64,000 bases of DNA from Elusimicrobiota bacterium (lineage in GTDB: Bacteria; Elusimicrobiota; Elusimicrobia; UBA1565; JACRDR01). Every line of letters begins with the position of its first letter. Within the stretch, counting starts at the first letter, position 1. The translations under genes and the position numbers were made by a program. Below are positions 36,477 through 45,673 of this stretch, one piece after another. Under the pieces are notes generated by a model. It saw nothing but the letters and a program-made list of their open reading frames with translations, was not told where the DNA came from and did not search any database. Where the stretch lies: positions 1 to 64,000 of the forward strand of contig JBGFSC010000021.1 of the NCBI GenBank assembly GCA_041694815.1, in the 5' to 3' direction.

Positions 36477-37825
36477 CGATACAGGCAAAACTCGCCTCCG
36501 TCCTAAGCGTCACGGTGGCGCTCTCCGTCGCCGCATGCTGCCTCGCCTTCGTGGAAATCCAGCGCGACGCCCTCCGTCGCTCGGAGACCGAGAAGGAGAA
36601 TCTGCTGCTGGAAAGCGTGGGGAAAGTCGCCCAAGAATCCCTGGTGGCCTCTGACCCCTTGATGCTGATCTCCTATCTCACCTTCCTGCGCCGCGAGCGG
36701 CATGAGATCGTGGGCTGCCGGGTGCTCATCGATGGCGACTGGCAAGACATCCTGGCCCCGCGCCCCTCGGACCCCGTTTCGCCCTCCGACGGCAGGGGGC
36801 CGCGCCTCGTCGAAGCCGAACTCCCGGGAGCCAAACGCGCCGTGGAGCTCTCCCTCTCTTCGAGCCTGCTCGCGCGGCGGGAGCGCCTGGAGTTCGAGGC
36901 CATGCTGCGCCGGGTCGCCGCAGTCGGTGTCTCGGCCGTGCTCCTGGGGGCGTTACTGTCGGTCCCGCTAAGCCGGACCATGACCCGGCGCCTCGTCGCC
37001 GTCGAGCGCGCCTTGGGCGAGATCGGCGCCGAGAATTACGCGCAGGCCGTCGAGGTAACCGGCAACGACGAGATCGCCCGCCTCTCGCGCGGCGTCAACG
37101 AGATGGCCCGAAAGCTCGGTGAGTTGGAGGAGATGAAAAAGCTGCTTGTCGCCTCCGTCAGCCACGAGCTCCGCTCGCCCCTGGGAGCCATCGAAAGCCA
37201 GGTGCGCCAAATGCTCTCCGAGAACGGGCATCTGGGCGAGGCGGCGCGCGCCCATCTGGATTCCATCCGGAAGCACGCCTCACGCCTAGAACATTTCGTC
37301 TCCTCGATGCTCGAGGTCGCCAAGATCGAACGGGGGCGGTTGGAATACTTCCCGCGAGTCTCCCACATCGGCCCCGTCGTCGAGGACGCCGCCCTCTTTT
37401 TCTCGCAGCGCGCCCGCGATGCCTCTCTCCGCCTGGAAGCGGACGTCGAGCCGGGCTTGCCGGCCTCCAAGTTCGACCCGGACCTCATCGGCCAGGCCCT
37501 CGCCAACCTTCTCTCGAACGCGATCAAGTTCACTCCGGCGGGGGGCCTCATCCGGCTCCGCGCGGGGCGGGCGGGGGATCGGATCATCCTCTCCGTCGAG
37601 GATACCGGGGTCGGGATTCCCGCCGAGGCGATGGGCCGTATCTTCGCCCCCTTCGAACGGGTCGCCAATCCCCTGCACGCCACTGGGACCGGACTCGGCT
37701 TGGCCATCACCAAGGCGATCGTGGAACGGCATAGGGGCCGCATCCGAGTCCAGTCGACGCCCGGCAAGGGCAGCGCCTTCTCCATCGAACTGCCGATCTC
37801 GGAAACTAAGCCCGCCGCGTCTTAG
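36473..37825 (+). CDS. HAMP sensor histidine kinase
   Basis: SHELRSPL, NLLSNAIKF, DTGVGI, GTGLGL. Confidence 0.95.
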   Translation: MTIQAKLASVLSVTVALSVAACCLAFVEIQRDALRRSETEKENLLLESVGKVAQESLVASDPLMLISYLTFLRRERHEIVGCRVLIDGDWQDILAPRPSDPVSPSDGRGPRLVEAELPGAKRAVELSLSSSLLARRERLEFEAMLRRVAAVGVSAVLLGALLSVPLSRTMTRRLVAVERALGEIGAENYAQAVEVTGNDEIARLSRGVNEMARKLGELEEMKKLLVASVSHELRSPLGAIESQVRQMLSENGHLGEAARAHLDSIRKHASRLEHFVSSMLEVAKIERGRLEYFPRVSHIGPVVEDAALFFSQRARDASLRLEADVEPGLPASKFDPDLIGQALANLLSNAIKFTPAGGLIRLRAGRAGDRIILSVEDTGVGIPAEAMGRIFAPFERVANPLHATGTGLGLAITKAIVERHRGRIRVQSTPGKGSAFSIELPISETKPAAS

Positions 37826-38507
37826 CCTCCGCCTCGCGTAACCGGTAGCCGATGCCTACGAGGGTCTCAAGCAGGCCCCCATAGGCCCCCATTTTGGTCC
37901 TCAGCGAATGGATATGGCGGTCGACGGCCCGCGCCCCTCGGGAACCGTCGCCGCGCCATAGGGCATGAATCAAATACCCGCGCGTGAGCACTCGTCTGGG
38001 ATTGCGCATGAATTGAAGGAGGATGTCGAATTCCAAGCGGGTCAGCCTCCTTTCCTCGTCGTCGATGCGGCAGACACGGCTTTCCGGATAGACGGCAATC
38101 CCGGCGCATCGCAAGCTTGTCTCCGGCGCCGCGAGGGCCTCGCGCGAAAGCAGGGAATGCAACCTGGCCACCAGCAGCCTAGGATCCGGCGGCTTGAAGA
38201 AGAATTCGTCCGCCCCCGCGTCGAAGACGGCCGCCACATCCTCCTCGGCGCGCGGCTTGCCCGATAGGGCGATGATGGGAAGGCGCCGCGTCTTAGGGCT
38301 GCCACGCAGGGCCCGCAGCATCTCGCGACCTTCCATCCCCGGCATATGCAGGTCCATGAGCAGCGCATCGAAGGAGGCGCGCAGTAGAGAATCCAAGAAC
38401 CTGCCCAAGGTGGCGAACAGGAAGACTCGAAACCCCTGCTCGATCAAAAGGTGCTCGATGCCGCGCGCCGCCCGTAGGTCCGCATCCACGAGGGCCGCTC
38501 GCTTCAT
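37806..38507 (-). CDS. OmpR-family response regulator
   Basis: MDLHMPG receiver; LTRLEF...VDRHIHSLR...GIGYR winged helix. Confidence 0.92.
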   Translation of the reverse strand: MKRAALVDADLRAARGIEHLLIEQGFRVFLFATLGRFLDSLLRASFDALLMDLHMPGMEGREMLRALRGSPKTRRLPIIALSGKPRAEEDVAAVFDAGADEFFFKPPDPRLLVARLHSLLSREALAAPETSLRCAGIAVYPESRVCRIDDEERRLTRLEFDILLQFMRNPRRVLTRGYLIHALWRGDGSRGARAVDRHIHSLRTKMGAYGGLLETLVGIGYRLREAEAKTRRA

Positions 38508-38866
38508 CCCAGCGCGGCGCGCACTCGTCGCAGAAGATCGTCTGGGTCGAACGGCTTGAGCACGTAGTCGACCGCCCCCCCTTCGACGGCGCGGGCCAAG
38601 GAGGAGGCCGCGGAACGCACGGTGCAAAAGAGCACCGGCGTCGCCCGAGCGCCCTTGGAGCGAAGCTGCTTGTATAATTCGAAACCCGTCATATCGGGAA
38701 GCACGACGTCGAGAAGGATCAAGTCGGGCTTGCCGCCCTCGAAGAGCTCCAAGGCCTTACGCCCGTTGGCCGCGGCGGCGACCTCGTAGCCGGCCTCTTG
38801 CAGCACTCGGCCAAGCAGAAGCCGATATTCCGCCTCATCCTCGGCGACGAGTATCTTTTTCGGCAC
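38504..38866 (-). CDS. Single-domain response regulator
   Basis: ILVAEDE, LLDVVLPD, DYVLKPF; GTG start just after TTGACA-N17-TATCCT (38901-38873). Confidence 0.92.
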   Translation of the reverse strand: MPKKILVAEDEAEYRLLLGRVLQEAGYEVAAAANGRKALELFEGGKPDLILLDVVLPDMTGFELYKQLRSKGARATPVLFCTVRSAASSLARAVEGGAVDYVLKPFDPDDLLRRVRAALG

Positions 38867-38918
38867 GGGGCTAGGATAACCCGGCCTCCTGGCCTTGTCA
38901 AGCAACCCCGGCCGAGGC

Positions 38919-38956
38919 TTGACTTATTCATATTCATATAGCATAATATGCATATG
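38919..38956 (+). promoter_or_regulatory. TA operon promoter/operator
   Basis: TTGACT-N17-CATAAT overlapped by CATAT/ATATG repeats. Confidence 0.6.
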
Positions 38957-39190
38957 CCCAGAACCACGGTAGTCGCGGAAAATGCCCTATTGTTTCAGGC
39001 ACGCTCCTTGGCGCGTCGCCGACGGGTATCCCTGTCCGAAATCGTGCGTTGCGCGCTCGCGGAGTACGTCGCGCGCGCGGAGTCCAAGGAGGGAAAACCC
39101 TCTTTCATCGGCATAGCCGCCAGCGGGGGTAAACGCAATCTTTCGGAGCGAGCGGAGGAATTGCTTTTCGAGGAAAAAAGAAAAGGCTGA
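38954..39190 (+). CDS. Ribbon-helix-helix antitoxin (VapB-like)
   Basis: RTTV...ARRRRVSLSEIVRCAL; TGATG-coupled to the PIN gene. Confidence 0.85.
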   Translation: MPRTTVVAENALLFQARSLARRRRVSLSEIVRCALAEYVARAESKEGKPSFIGIAASGGKRNLSERAEELLFEEKRKG

Positions 39191-39600
39191 TGACGATCAC
39201 TTTGCTCGACACCGGGGTGCTGATAGCGATGCTCGACCGCGACGACCGCCACCACGCCCAGGCACGGGCGATATTTGATGCCGGCAAAGGCCCCCTGATC
39301 GTCCCCTTGGTCGTAGTTCCGGAAGTCTGCTATCTTTCCCACAAATACTTGGGACCCAACGCGGAACAGGCGTTCCTTTCAAGCCTGGCGGACGAGGAGT
39401 TGGCCATTGACTGGGGGGTACCGGCCGATCTGCGCCGCGCCGTGGAATTGCTTCGTGAGCGTCCCGAATTAGGCTTCGTGGACACGATGATCGTCTCGGT
39501 GGCTGAACGCCTCAAGGTGCGCCGGATCGCCACCTTAGACCGGCGTCACTTCGCGACTTTAAGGCCACGGCATTGCACGGCGTTCGAATTAGTGCCTTAG
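39190..39600 (+). CDS. vapC: PIN-domain toxin (VapC family)
   Basis: LLDTGVL, PEV, GFVD, IATLDRRHF. Confidence 0.92.
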   Translation: MTITLLDTGVLIAMLDRDDRHHAQARAIFDAGKGPLIVPLVVVPEVCYLSHKYLGPNAEQAFLSSLADEELAIDWGVPADLRRAVELLRERPELGFVDTMIVSVAERLKVRRIATLDRRHFATLRPRHCTAFELVP

Positions 39601-39602
39601 CG

Positions 39603-40304
39603 CTAACGACTGCTGGCGTCGAAGCGGTACCCTAGTCCGGGCACGCTGACGATCCTGCGGCCGAGTCGGGGACCGAGCTTTCGCCGGAGCGAGGAGACAT
39701 GGGTTTCGATGGTATGGGGGTCGTTGTATTCCGCCGTATCGTAGCCCCAGATGGTCTCGAGCAGGAACTCGGGATTGAGCACCCGGCCGGGCTTGCGCAG
39801 GAAGGTGCTCAAGAGATCGAACTCCTTGCGAGTCAGCGCGATGCGCTCCTTCTTGAGTGCCGCCGTCCGTGCCGCGCAGTCGAGCACTAGTCCCTGGAAT
39901 TTGAGCAGCTCCCCCGGCTCCCCGTTCGATTGCGAGCGCTTGAGCAGCGAGCGGATTTTAGCCAACAGCAGTCGGGGGGTGAACGGCTTGAGCAGATAAT
40001 CGTCGGCACCCTGCTCGATGCCCACGGCCTGCTCCTCGAGTCCTTTTTGAACCCCGGACATCAGGATAAGCGGGATGGCCGCGGTAACGCGGTCGCCCTT
40101 GACCGCCTTGCAGAGGCCGAGCCCACCCATGCCGGGCATGAAGACGTCGGAGAGAATCAAATGAGGGCGAGCGTCGCGGGCGGCGACCATGGCCTCAGCG
40201 GCGCGGTCCGCCACGGTGACGGAGAAGCCCTCTTTTTCAAGCAATCCCTTGAGGAAATTAAGATTGTCGCGATCGTCGTCGACGACAAGCAGGCGGGGCC
40301 TCAT
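39603..40304 (-). CDS. OmpR-family response regulator
   Basis: VVDDD, SDVFMPG, GADDYLLKPF, LTRKEFDLL, GLGYRF. Confidence 0.95.
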   Translation of the reverse strand: MRPRLLVVDDDRDNLNFLKGLLEKEGFSVTVADRAAEAMVAARDARPHLILSDVFMPGMGGLGLCKAVKGDRVTAAIPLILMSGVQKGLEEQAVGIEQGADDYLLKPFTPRLLLAKIRSLLKRSQSNGEPGELLKFQGLVLDCAARTAALKKERIALTRKEFDLLSTFLRKPGRVLNPEFLLETIWGYDTAEYNDPHTIETHVSSLRRKLGPRLGRRIVSVPGLGYRFDASSR

Positions 40305-40498
40305 CGCAGGGATCGGACCAGTTTCTTGCAGCGGTTGGCGGCCCGCTCGATCGCCCGTAGATACGTCGCGGCCGGATGTCCGTCTGGCAGGCTCTCCAAG
40401 GCCACGTGGCAGCAGCCGAGGATAATGGTCAGCGGATTATTGAGCTCGTGCGCCAGCGCCAGCGGCTGCGCGGCCTTCCCGTTGGAAAGCTTGGTCAA
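40301..40498 (-). CDS. Stand-alone HisKA (DHp) mini-protein
   Basis: 65 aa with H-box AHELNNPL; AGGAGG RBS before TTG; ATGA overlap with the regulator. Confidence 0.7.
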   Translation of the reverse strand: MTKLSNGKAAQPLALAHELNNPLTIILGCCHVALESLPDGHPAATYLRAIERAANRCKKLVRSLR

Positions 40499-40565
40499 CA
40501 GGGCCTCCTACCGACTAACAGTTAACTATACGGGCCTACGGGAGGCAAGCAAAGTTCTGGTAAAC

Positions 40566-42395
40566 TTATCGTAACTTTTGAAGCAGCGCCGAAGCGTCCT
40601 TTAAATGATCGCCCGCCTCGGCCGGATCGTCGGGACGGGAAACGGCGAAAAGCCTTTCGAGCAGCGCCTTGGCCTTCTCCCGCTCGCCCATAGCCATATA
40701 GAATTCCGCCAAGGGCGGATAGGCCGCCGTGTGCGTCGGCCGCAGCTCGATGCTTTTCTCCAGGTGCTTGATCGCCTCCCGCTTGGATCCTCCGGCCATG
40801 CGGGGCAATTGCCATAGCATTTCTCCCAGCACGTGGTAGGCCGGAGCGTAGGCGGGATCGAGGGCGATGGCCTGGCGCAGCTCGCGGCGGATTGGATCCA
40901 CTAGGAAAAGGGACTTGAAAAGTCCTTGAACCTCCCCGCGGCGACCGTACGCGATGGCCAGCCAGCAATGCGCCGGGGCGCTCTTAGGATCCAAAAGCAC
41001 GGACTGCTCGAGCGCGCGCTCGGCCTCGCGGATCGCACTCAACTTCATTTCCTTAGACGGCTCACCCTCCGATCGGCGCAACAGGCATCTTCCGAGCCGC
41101 CAGAGCGCCTCCGGATCCGCTTCGTCCTGCTTGAGCGACGCCCGCAACAGGACCTCAGCCTCCCGGAGCCGGCCAGGCCGGTTCCGCTCGAAGTAGAGCT
41201 TGTCAGCACGCGTGATCATCTCCGTGCTCGAGGGCTGCGCCGCGCCGGGAAAGGGGAGAAGGGCGGCCAGGAGGGCGGCTAGCGACGAGGCTGCGGTCCG
41301 AGCGGCCCTGCGCAACCGGCCCCGGGCTTGGGCCATGGCGGCCTCTGGGCGGCCGTCCGCCGACAGGTTGAAGACGGCCGCGCCGTAATCCCGCTCTAAG
41401 CGTCGCGCGGCCCTAGGCTCGGCGCTCCCGCAGATGAAGCCTACGGGAATGCACCGATTCCGCGCCCGAGCGGCCAGAGCGACCGGGGCCTTCCCGAAAA
41501 AACTCTGCCGGTCGAGCCGGCCCTCGCCCGTGAGCACCAGGTCGGAGGCCGCGATCCTACGCGCGGCGCCCAGCCGGCGCAGGACCCAGGGCGCCCCGTC
41601 TAGAAGCGGGGCGCCGCAGAACGCGGCGAGGCCGGCCCCGGCCCCCCCCGCCGCCCCCGCCCCGGGCATGCGCCTCACGTCAACGCCGAGATCGCGACGC
41701 AGCACCCTCGCATAGCGCGAAAGCGCCTTCTCGAGCACGGCCACCTCGCGGGGGCCGGCGCCCTTTTGGGGCCCGTAGACGCGGGCGGAGCCGTCGGGTC
41801 CCGTCAACGGGTTGCGCACGTCCGAGATCCCGATTACGCGCACGCCACGCAGGAAGGACCTGAGTCTCGACGCGTCGACCCGATCCAATCGGAGAAGCGC
41901 CGCGGCGCCCGCCGGCAGCCTGCGGCCGCCCTCGCCCAAAAGCTCCGCGCCGAGCGCCGCCGCCAGGCCGGCCCCGCCGTCGCTGGAGGCGGAGCCGCCC
42001 AACCCGAGCACGACGCGCCTGGCCCCGCGGCGGAGAGCGTCGGCGATCAGCTCCCCTGTCCCCCAGGAGCTCGCGCCCAAGGGATCCAGGAGATCCTTGG
42101 GCAAGCCCGCTATTCCCGAGGCCTGCGCCATTTCGACGACGGCGGTAGCACGTCCGATCATCGCGTAGCACGCCCGCCTCCGCTCACCAAGGGGGCCTTG
42201 GACCATCCTATAGATCCGCCGTCCCCCGAAACGGCGCAGCAGCACCTCCATGAGACCGTCGCCCCCATCGGAAATAGGCATAAGGTCGATGGTGGCCCGG
42301 GGCCTGGCGCGGCGAACGCCGGCCGCCATGGCGCGCGCGGCGGCGAAGGCGCTCAGGCAGCCCTTAAACGCGTTGGGCGCGATCAGTACTCTCAT
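40566..42395 (-). CDS. Glycerate kinase in frame with a C-terminal exported-type TPR domain
   Basis: APNAFKG, SDGGDG, GLGGSA, GAGAAGG, TGEGRLD; then a signal-like segment and TPR repeats with no intervening stop. Confidence 0.88.
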   Translation of the reverse strand: MRVLIAPNAFKGCLSAFAAARAMAAGVRRARPRATIDLMPISDGGDGLMEVLLRRFGGRRIYRMVQGPLGERRRACYAMIGRATAVVEMAQASGIAGLPKDLLDPLGASSWGTGELIADALRRGARRVVLGLGGSASSDGGAGLAAALGAELLGEGGRRLPAGAAALLRLDRVDASRLRSFLRGVRVIGISDVRNPLTGPDGSARVYGPQKGAGPREVAVLEKALSRYARVLRRDLGVDVRRMPGAGAAGGAGAGLAAFCGAPLLDGAPWVLRRLGAARRIAASDLVLTGEGRLDRQSFFGKAPVALAARARNRCIPVGFICGSAEPRAARRLERDYGAAVFNLSADGRPEAAMAQARGRLRRAARTAASSLAALLAALLPFPGAAQPSSTEMITRADKLYFERNRPGRLREAEVLLRASLKQDEADPEALWRLGRCLLRRSEGEPSKEMKLSAIREAERALEQSVLLDPKSAPAHCWLAIAYGRRGEVQGLFKSLFLVDPIRRELRQAIALDPAYAPAYHVLGEMLWQLPRMAGGSKREAIKHLEKSIELRPTHTAAYPPLAEFYMAMGEREKAKALLERLFAVSRPDDPAEAGDHLKDASALLQKLR

Positions 42396-43368
42396 CCCGG
42401 ACGTTGGGATTGACAGAATTGGAAGGCAGCGCGCCGCGGACCAGGAAATCCACCAAACTCGACGCGGCGAGATTGCCCATGGCGGTTCGAGTCTCCACCG
42501 TGGCGCTGGCCAGATGCGGCGCGAGCACGACATTGGGCAATTGCAATAGGCCCGGAGCGGTCTTAGGCTCGTCCTCGTAGACGTCTAAGGCGGCGCTGCG
42601 GATCCAGCCGGAGCGCAAGGCCTTCACCAGGGCCTTCTCGTCGACGATCGGGCCTCGGGCCGAGTTGACCAGGCAGGCACTCGGCTTCATCCGCCGCAAC
42701 CTCGACTCGTCGATGAGATGCCGGGTCGAGGGGTCCAAGACGGTATGGATCGAGACGAAATCGGCCTTCTCCAACAGCTCCTCCAGCCCGACCTTCGAGG
42801 CCCCGAGCTTGCCTTCAACCTCCGGGCTGGCGCGTTGAGTGTCGTGATAGAGCACGCGCATGGAAAAACCCAGGGCGCGCCGAGCCACGGCCTGCCCGAT
42901 CCTGCCGAAGCCGATTAGCCCCAAGGTCTTGCCGTGCACGTCGCCACCCAGAAGCATCAGGGGATCCCAGGCTTTATAGCGGCCGGCGCGCATCATCCTC
43001 TCCCCCTCGGGGATGCGGCGGGCCGCCGCCAAGAGCAGGGCCCAGGCGAAATCCGCGCAGGTCTCGGTCAGCACACCCGGAGTATGCGTCACCAGCACCC
43101 TGCGCCGAGTCGCCTCGGCCACGTCGATATGGTCGAGCCCTACGGAGAACGTCGCGACGATCCTAAGTTCCGGCGCGGCGTCTAAGAGCCCCGCGTCGAT
43201 CTTTTCCGTCAGAAGGCAAAGCAAGCCTTGCGCCCCACGAACGCGCCTGAGGAGTTCGCGCCGGGGGATGGGCACGGAACGACCATAATAATCGATGTCG
43301 AAATGGGGCCTGAGCATGCTCAACGACGGCTCGGGGATGTTGCGGGTGACGAGGATGCGGGGTTTTAT
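42364..43368 (-). CDS. D-glycerate/glyoxylate reductase (D-2-hydroxyacid dehydrogenase), probable ATA/ATT start
   Basis: KPRILVTR N-terminus; GFGRIG, NSARGPIVDE, ALDVYEDEP, PHLASAT. Confidence 0.93.
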   Translation of the reverse strand: MKPRILVTRNIPEPSLSMLRPHFDIDYYGRSVPIPRRELLRRVRGAQGLLCLLTEKIDAGLLDAAPELRIVATFSVGLDHIDVAEATRRRVLVTHTPGVLTETCADFAWALLLAAARRIPEGERMMRAGRYKAWDPLMLLGGDVHGKTLGLIGFGRIGQAVARRALGFSMRVLYHDTQRASPEVEGKLGASKVGLEELLEKADFVSIHTVLDPSTRHLIDESRLRRMKPSACLVNSARGPIVDEKALVKALRSGWIRSAALDVYEDEPKTAPGLLQLPNVVLAPHLASATVETRTAMGNLAASSLVDFLVRGALPSNSVNPNVRDESTDRAQRV

Positions 43369-43380
43369 AATCCCCCCGTC

Positions 43381-44685
43381 TTAAGGAAAAACGCCGCGGA
43401 TGCGCACCGCCTGTGCCAAGCGCCTGAGCCCCAGCATGAAGGCCGCCAGGCGCAGGTCCACCTTCTCCTTCTCGTGGATCTCGTAGACCTCCCGGAAGCT
43501 CTTGACGATGATGTCCTGGAGCTTCGCGTTGACGGCCTTCTCATCCCAGAAGAACGCCTGGATGTCCTGCACCCACTCGAAATAGCTGACCGTGACTCCC
43601 CCGGCGTTGGCCAGGATATCGGGCACCACGGTGATACCCCGCTGGTTGAGGATGCGGTCGGCCGCCGTCGAGGTTGGCCCGTTGGCGCCCTCGACGATGT
43701 ACTTGGCCTGGACGCGCGGGGCGTTGACGTGCGTGATCTGGTTCTCCATCGCGGCCGGGATAAGAAGCTCGCACGGCACCTCGAGGAACCGCTCGGTAGG
43801 GATTTTTTGAGCCTTGGGAAATTTCGCGATCGATTCGTGCCGCGCGCGGTATTCGATCAGGGCATCGATGTCTATGCCCTCCGGGTTGTAGAGTCCCCCC
43901 ATCACGTCGCTGACGCCCACCACCTTGCAGCCGTGCTGGGCGAAAATCTTGGCGGCATTCATGCCCACGTTGCCGAAGCCCTGGATGGCGACCGGAGCGT
44001 TGCGCAGGTCAAACTGCTTCATCGCGGCCAATTCCCGGGACACGTAGAAAACCCCGCGCCCCGTCGCCTCCCGCCGCCCCAAGGAACCGCCAACCTCCAG
44101 GGGCTTGCCCGTTACGACTCCGGGGGCGGAGTAGCCGATGGTCATGGAGTAGGTGTCCATGATCCAGCCCATGATCTGCTCGTTGGTATTAACATCGGGG
44201 GCAGGGATATCCTTGTCGGGACCGATGATGATGGAAATCTCCGCCGTATAGCGCCTCGTCAAGCGCTCGATCTCTCCCCGAGACATTTCCTTGGGGTTGC
44301 AGATCACACCGCCCTTGGCGCCCCCATAGGGAAGGTTCACCACGGCGCATTTCATGGTCATCCAGAAGGCGAGCGCCTTGACCTCGTCCATCGAAACCTG
44401 AGGGTGGAAGCGTATGCCGCCCTTCGCCGGGCCCCGGTCCAAATTGTGCTGGACGCGGTAGCCTTCGAATATCCTTACATGGCCGTCGTCCATTTTCACC
44501 GGCACCGAAACGGTCAGGATGCGCTTGGGATGGCGCAACCGCTCGGCAATGTAATCCTCGAGATTCATTTTCCGCGCGGCGCGGTCGAGCTGCTCCATCG
44601 CCTGGCTCCATGGATTGGCCTCTTGGGCGCTCAGTGCGCCATTGAGGTTCTCCTTGGCGGCCTTTCCAGAAACTTTTACGGCCAT
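43381..44685 (-). CDS. gdhA: Glu/Leu/Phe/Val (glutamate) dehydrogenase
   Basis: KGGIRFHP, GGAKGG, DIPAPD, QGFGNVG, NAGGVTVSYFEWVQ. Confidence 0.95.
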   Translation of the reverse strand: MAVKVSGKAAKENLNGALSAQEANPWSQAMEQLDRAARKMNLEDYIAERLRHPKRILTVSVPVKMDDGHVRIFEGYRVQHNLDRGPAKGGIRFHPQVSMDEVKALAFWMTMKCAVVNLPYGGAKGGVICNPKEMSRGEIERLTRRYTAEISIIIGPDKDIPAPDVNTNEQIMGWIMDTYSMTIGYSAPGVVTGKPLEVGGSLGRREATGRGVFYVSRELAAMKQFDLRNAPVAIQGFGNVGMNAAKIFAQHGCKVVGVSDVMGGLYNPEGIDIDALIEYRARHESIAKFPKAQKIPTERFLEVPCELLIPAAMENQITHVNAPRVQAKYIVEGANGPTSTAADRILNQRGITVVPDILANAGGVTVSYFEWVQDIQAFFWDEKAVNAKLQDIIVKSFREVYEIHEKEKVDLRLAAFMLGLRRLAQAVRIRGVFP

Positions 44686-44691
44686 AGTACG

Positions 44692-45102
44692 TTACCTCCC
44701 CAATCGGCTCAGATGCTGTCGCATCAGGCAATCGTCCATCACGACCCGCAGCCCCGCCTGGCGGGCCATGGCCGCCGCCTCGGGGACGCTGATGCCGTCC
44801 TGCATCCAAATGGCTTTGGCCTTGATCTCGACGGCCTCGCGAGTCAGCTCGAGCACTTCCTCCGGACGGCGGAAGATATCGACGACGTCGACGCTTTCCT
44901 GCACGTCGGAGAGCCGGCCGTAGCACTTCTCGCCCAGGATTTCTCCATGCAACGGATTGACCGGGATGACGCGGTAGCCGGCGTCCATCAAATAGGAAGC
45001 CACCTGGTAGGAGGGCCTCTCCCGTTTAGGCGAGCAGCCGACCACGGCCACGCTCTGCATTTTCAAGATGGCCTCGATATCCTCGTTGGAATTGGGCGCC
45101 AT
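44692..45102 (-). CDS. CoA-binding protein (YccU-like)
   Basis: VAVVGCSP, GYRVIPVNP, DVVDIFR, IWMQDG. Confidence 0.92.
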   Translation of the reverse strand: MAPNSNEDIEAILKMQSVAVVGCSPKRERPSYQVASYLMDAGYRVIPVNPLHGEILGEKCYGRLSDVQESVDVVDIFRRPEEVLELTREAVEIKAKAIWMQDGISVPEAAAMARQAGLRVVMDDCLMRQHLSRLGR

Positions 45103-45115
45103 CGGGGCCATGATA

Positions 45116-45187
45116 GCAGTTTTAGGCTTTTACGCGCCTTGGGCGCGTGGCTTCGTCGCGCTTTGCGCGACGAAGCTCGAAAACTGC
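45116..45187 (+). repeat. REP-like element, single unit
   Basis: GCTTTTACGCGCCTTGGGCGCGT plus GCTTCGTCGCGC-TTT-GCGCGACGAAGC, closed by GCAGTTTT/AAAACTGC. Confidence 0.8.
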
Positions 45188-45214
45188 CACTCCCAAATTT
45201 TATATTTTAGAAGC

Positions 45215-45673
45215 ATGGACCTCGCCAACCGGAAAAAGGCGATGGTTTGGATCGCAACCGCCGCCGCGCTGGCGCTGGTGACCGTTCCCTCGGCGATGCT
45301 GTTGCGTACCCTGCGGAATTATTACCGCTTCCTTTCCGGTTGGGACCCGGGGGTGCTCAAGCCCGTTGAGGTCCGTCGCGTTCCGCACCGAGGGGCTGCC
45401 GCCGGCGAGGCTCCCCGCGTCCGCTTCGTCGAATTCTCGTTGCATGCCCCGCGGGCAAAAAAGGTATTCTTGGCGGGCGATTTCAACCATTGGAAGCCCG
45501 AGACAATGCCTCTTTCCAAGGCGAGATCCGGACGATGGCAGATACTACTTCCCCTACCGCCGGGACGCTATAGCTATTTATTCCAAGTCGATGGAGACTG
45601 GGTGCTGGATCCATCGGCCCGCGACACCTCTGTTTACGGTGAAATGAAAACTTCCATGAGGCATATCCAATGA
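45215..45673 (+). CDS. Membrane-anchored glycogen-binding (CBM48/AMPK-beta-like) protein
   Basis: VFLAGDFNHW, LPPGRYSYLFQVDGDWVLDP. Confidence 0.88.
   Translation: MDLANRKKAMVWIATAAALALVTVPSAMLLRTLRNYYRFLSGWDPGVLKPVEVRRVPHRGAAAGEAPRVRFVEFSLHAPRAKKVFLAGDFNHWKPETMPLSKARSGRWQILLPLPPGRYSYLFQVDGDWVLDPSARDTSVYGEMKTSMRHIQ

Noticed and set aside
43228..45210. 660-aa plus-strand ORF opposite gdhA
   Set aside because: Antisense shadow of a high-GC gene; no recognisable motifs.
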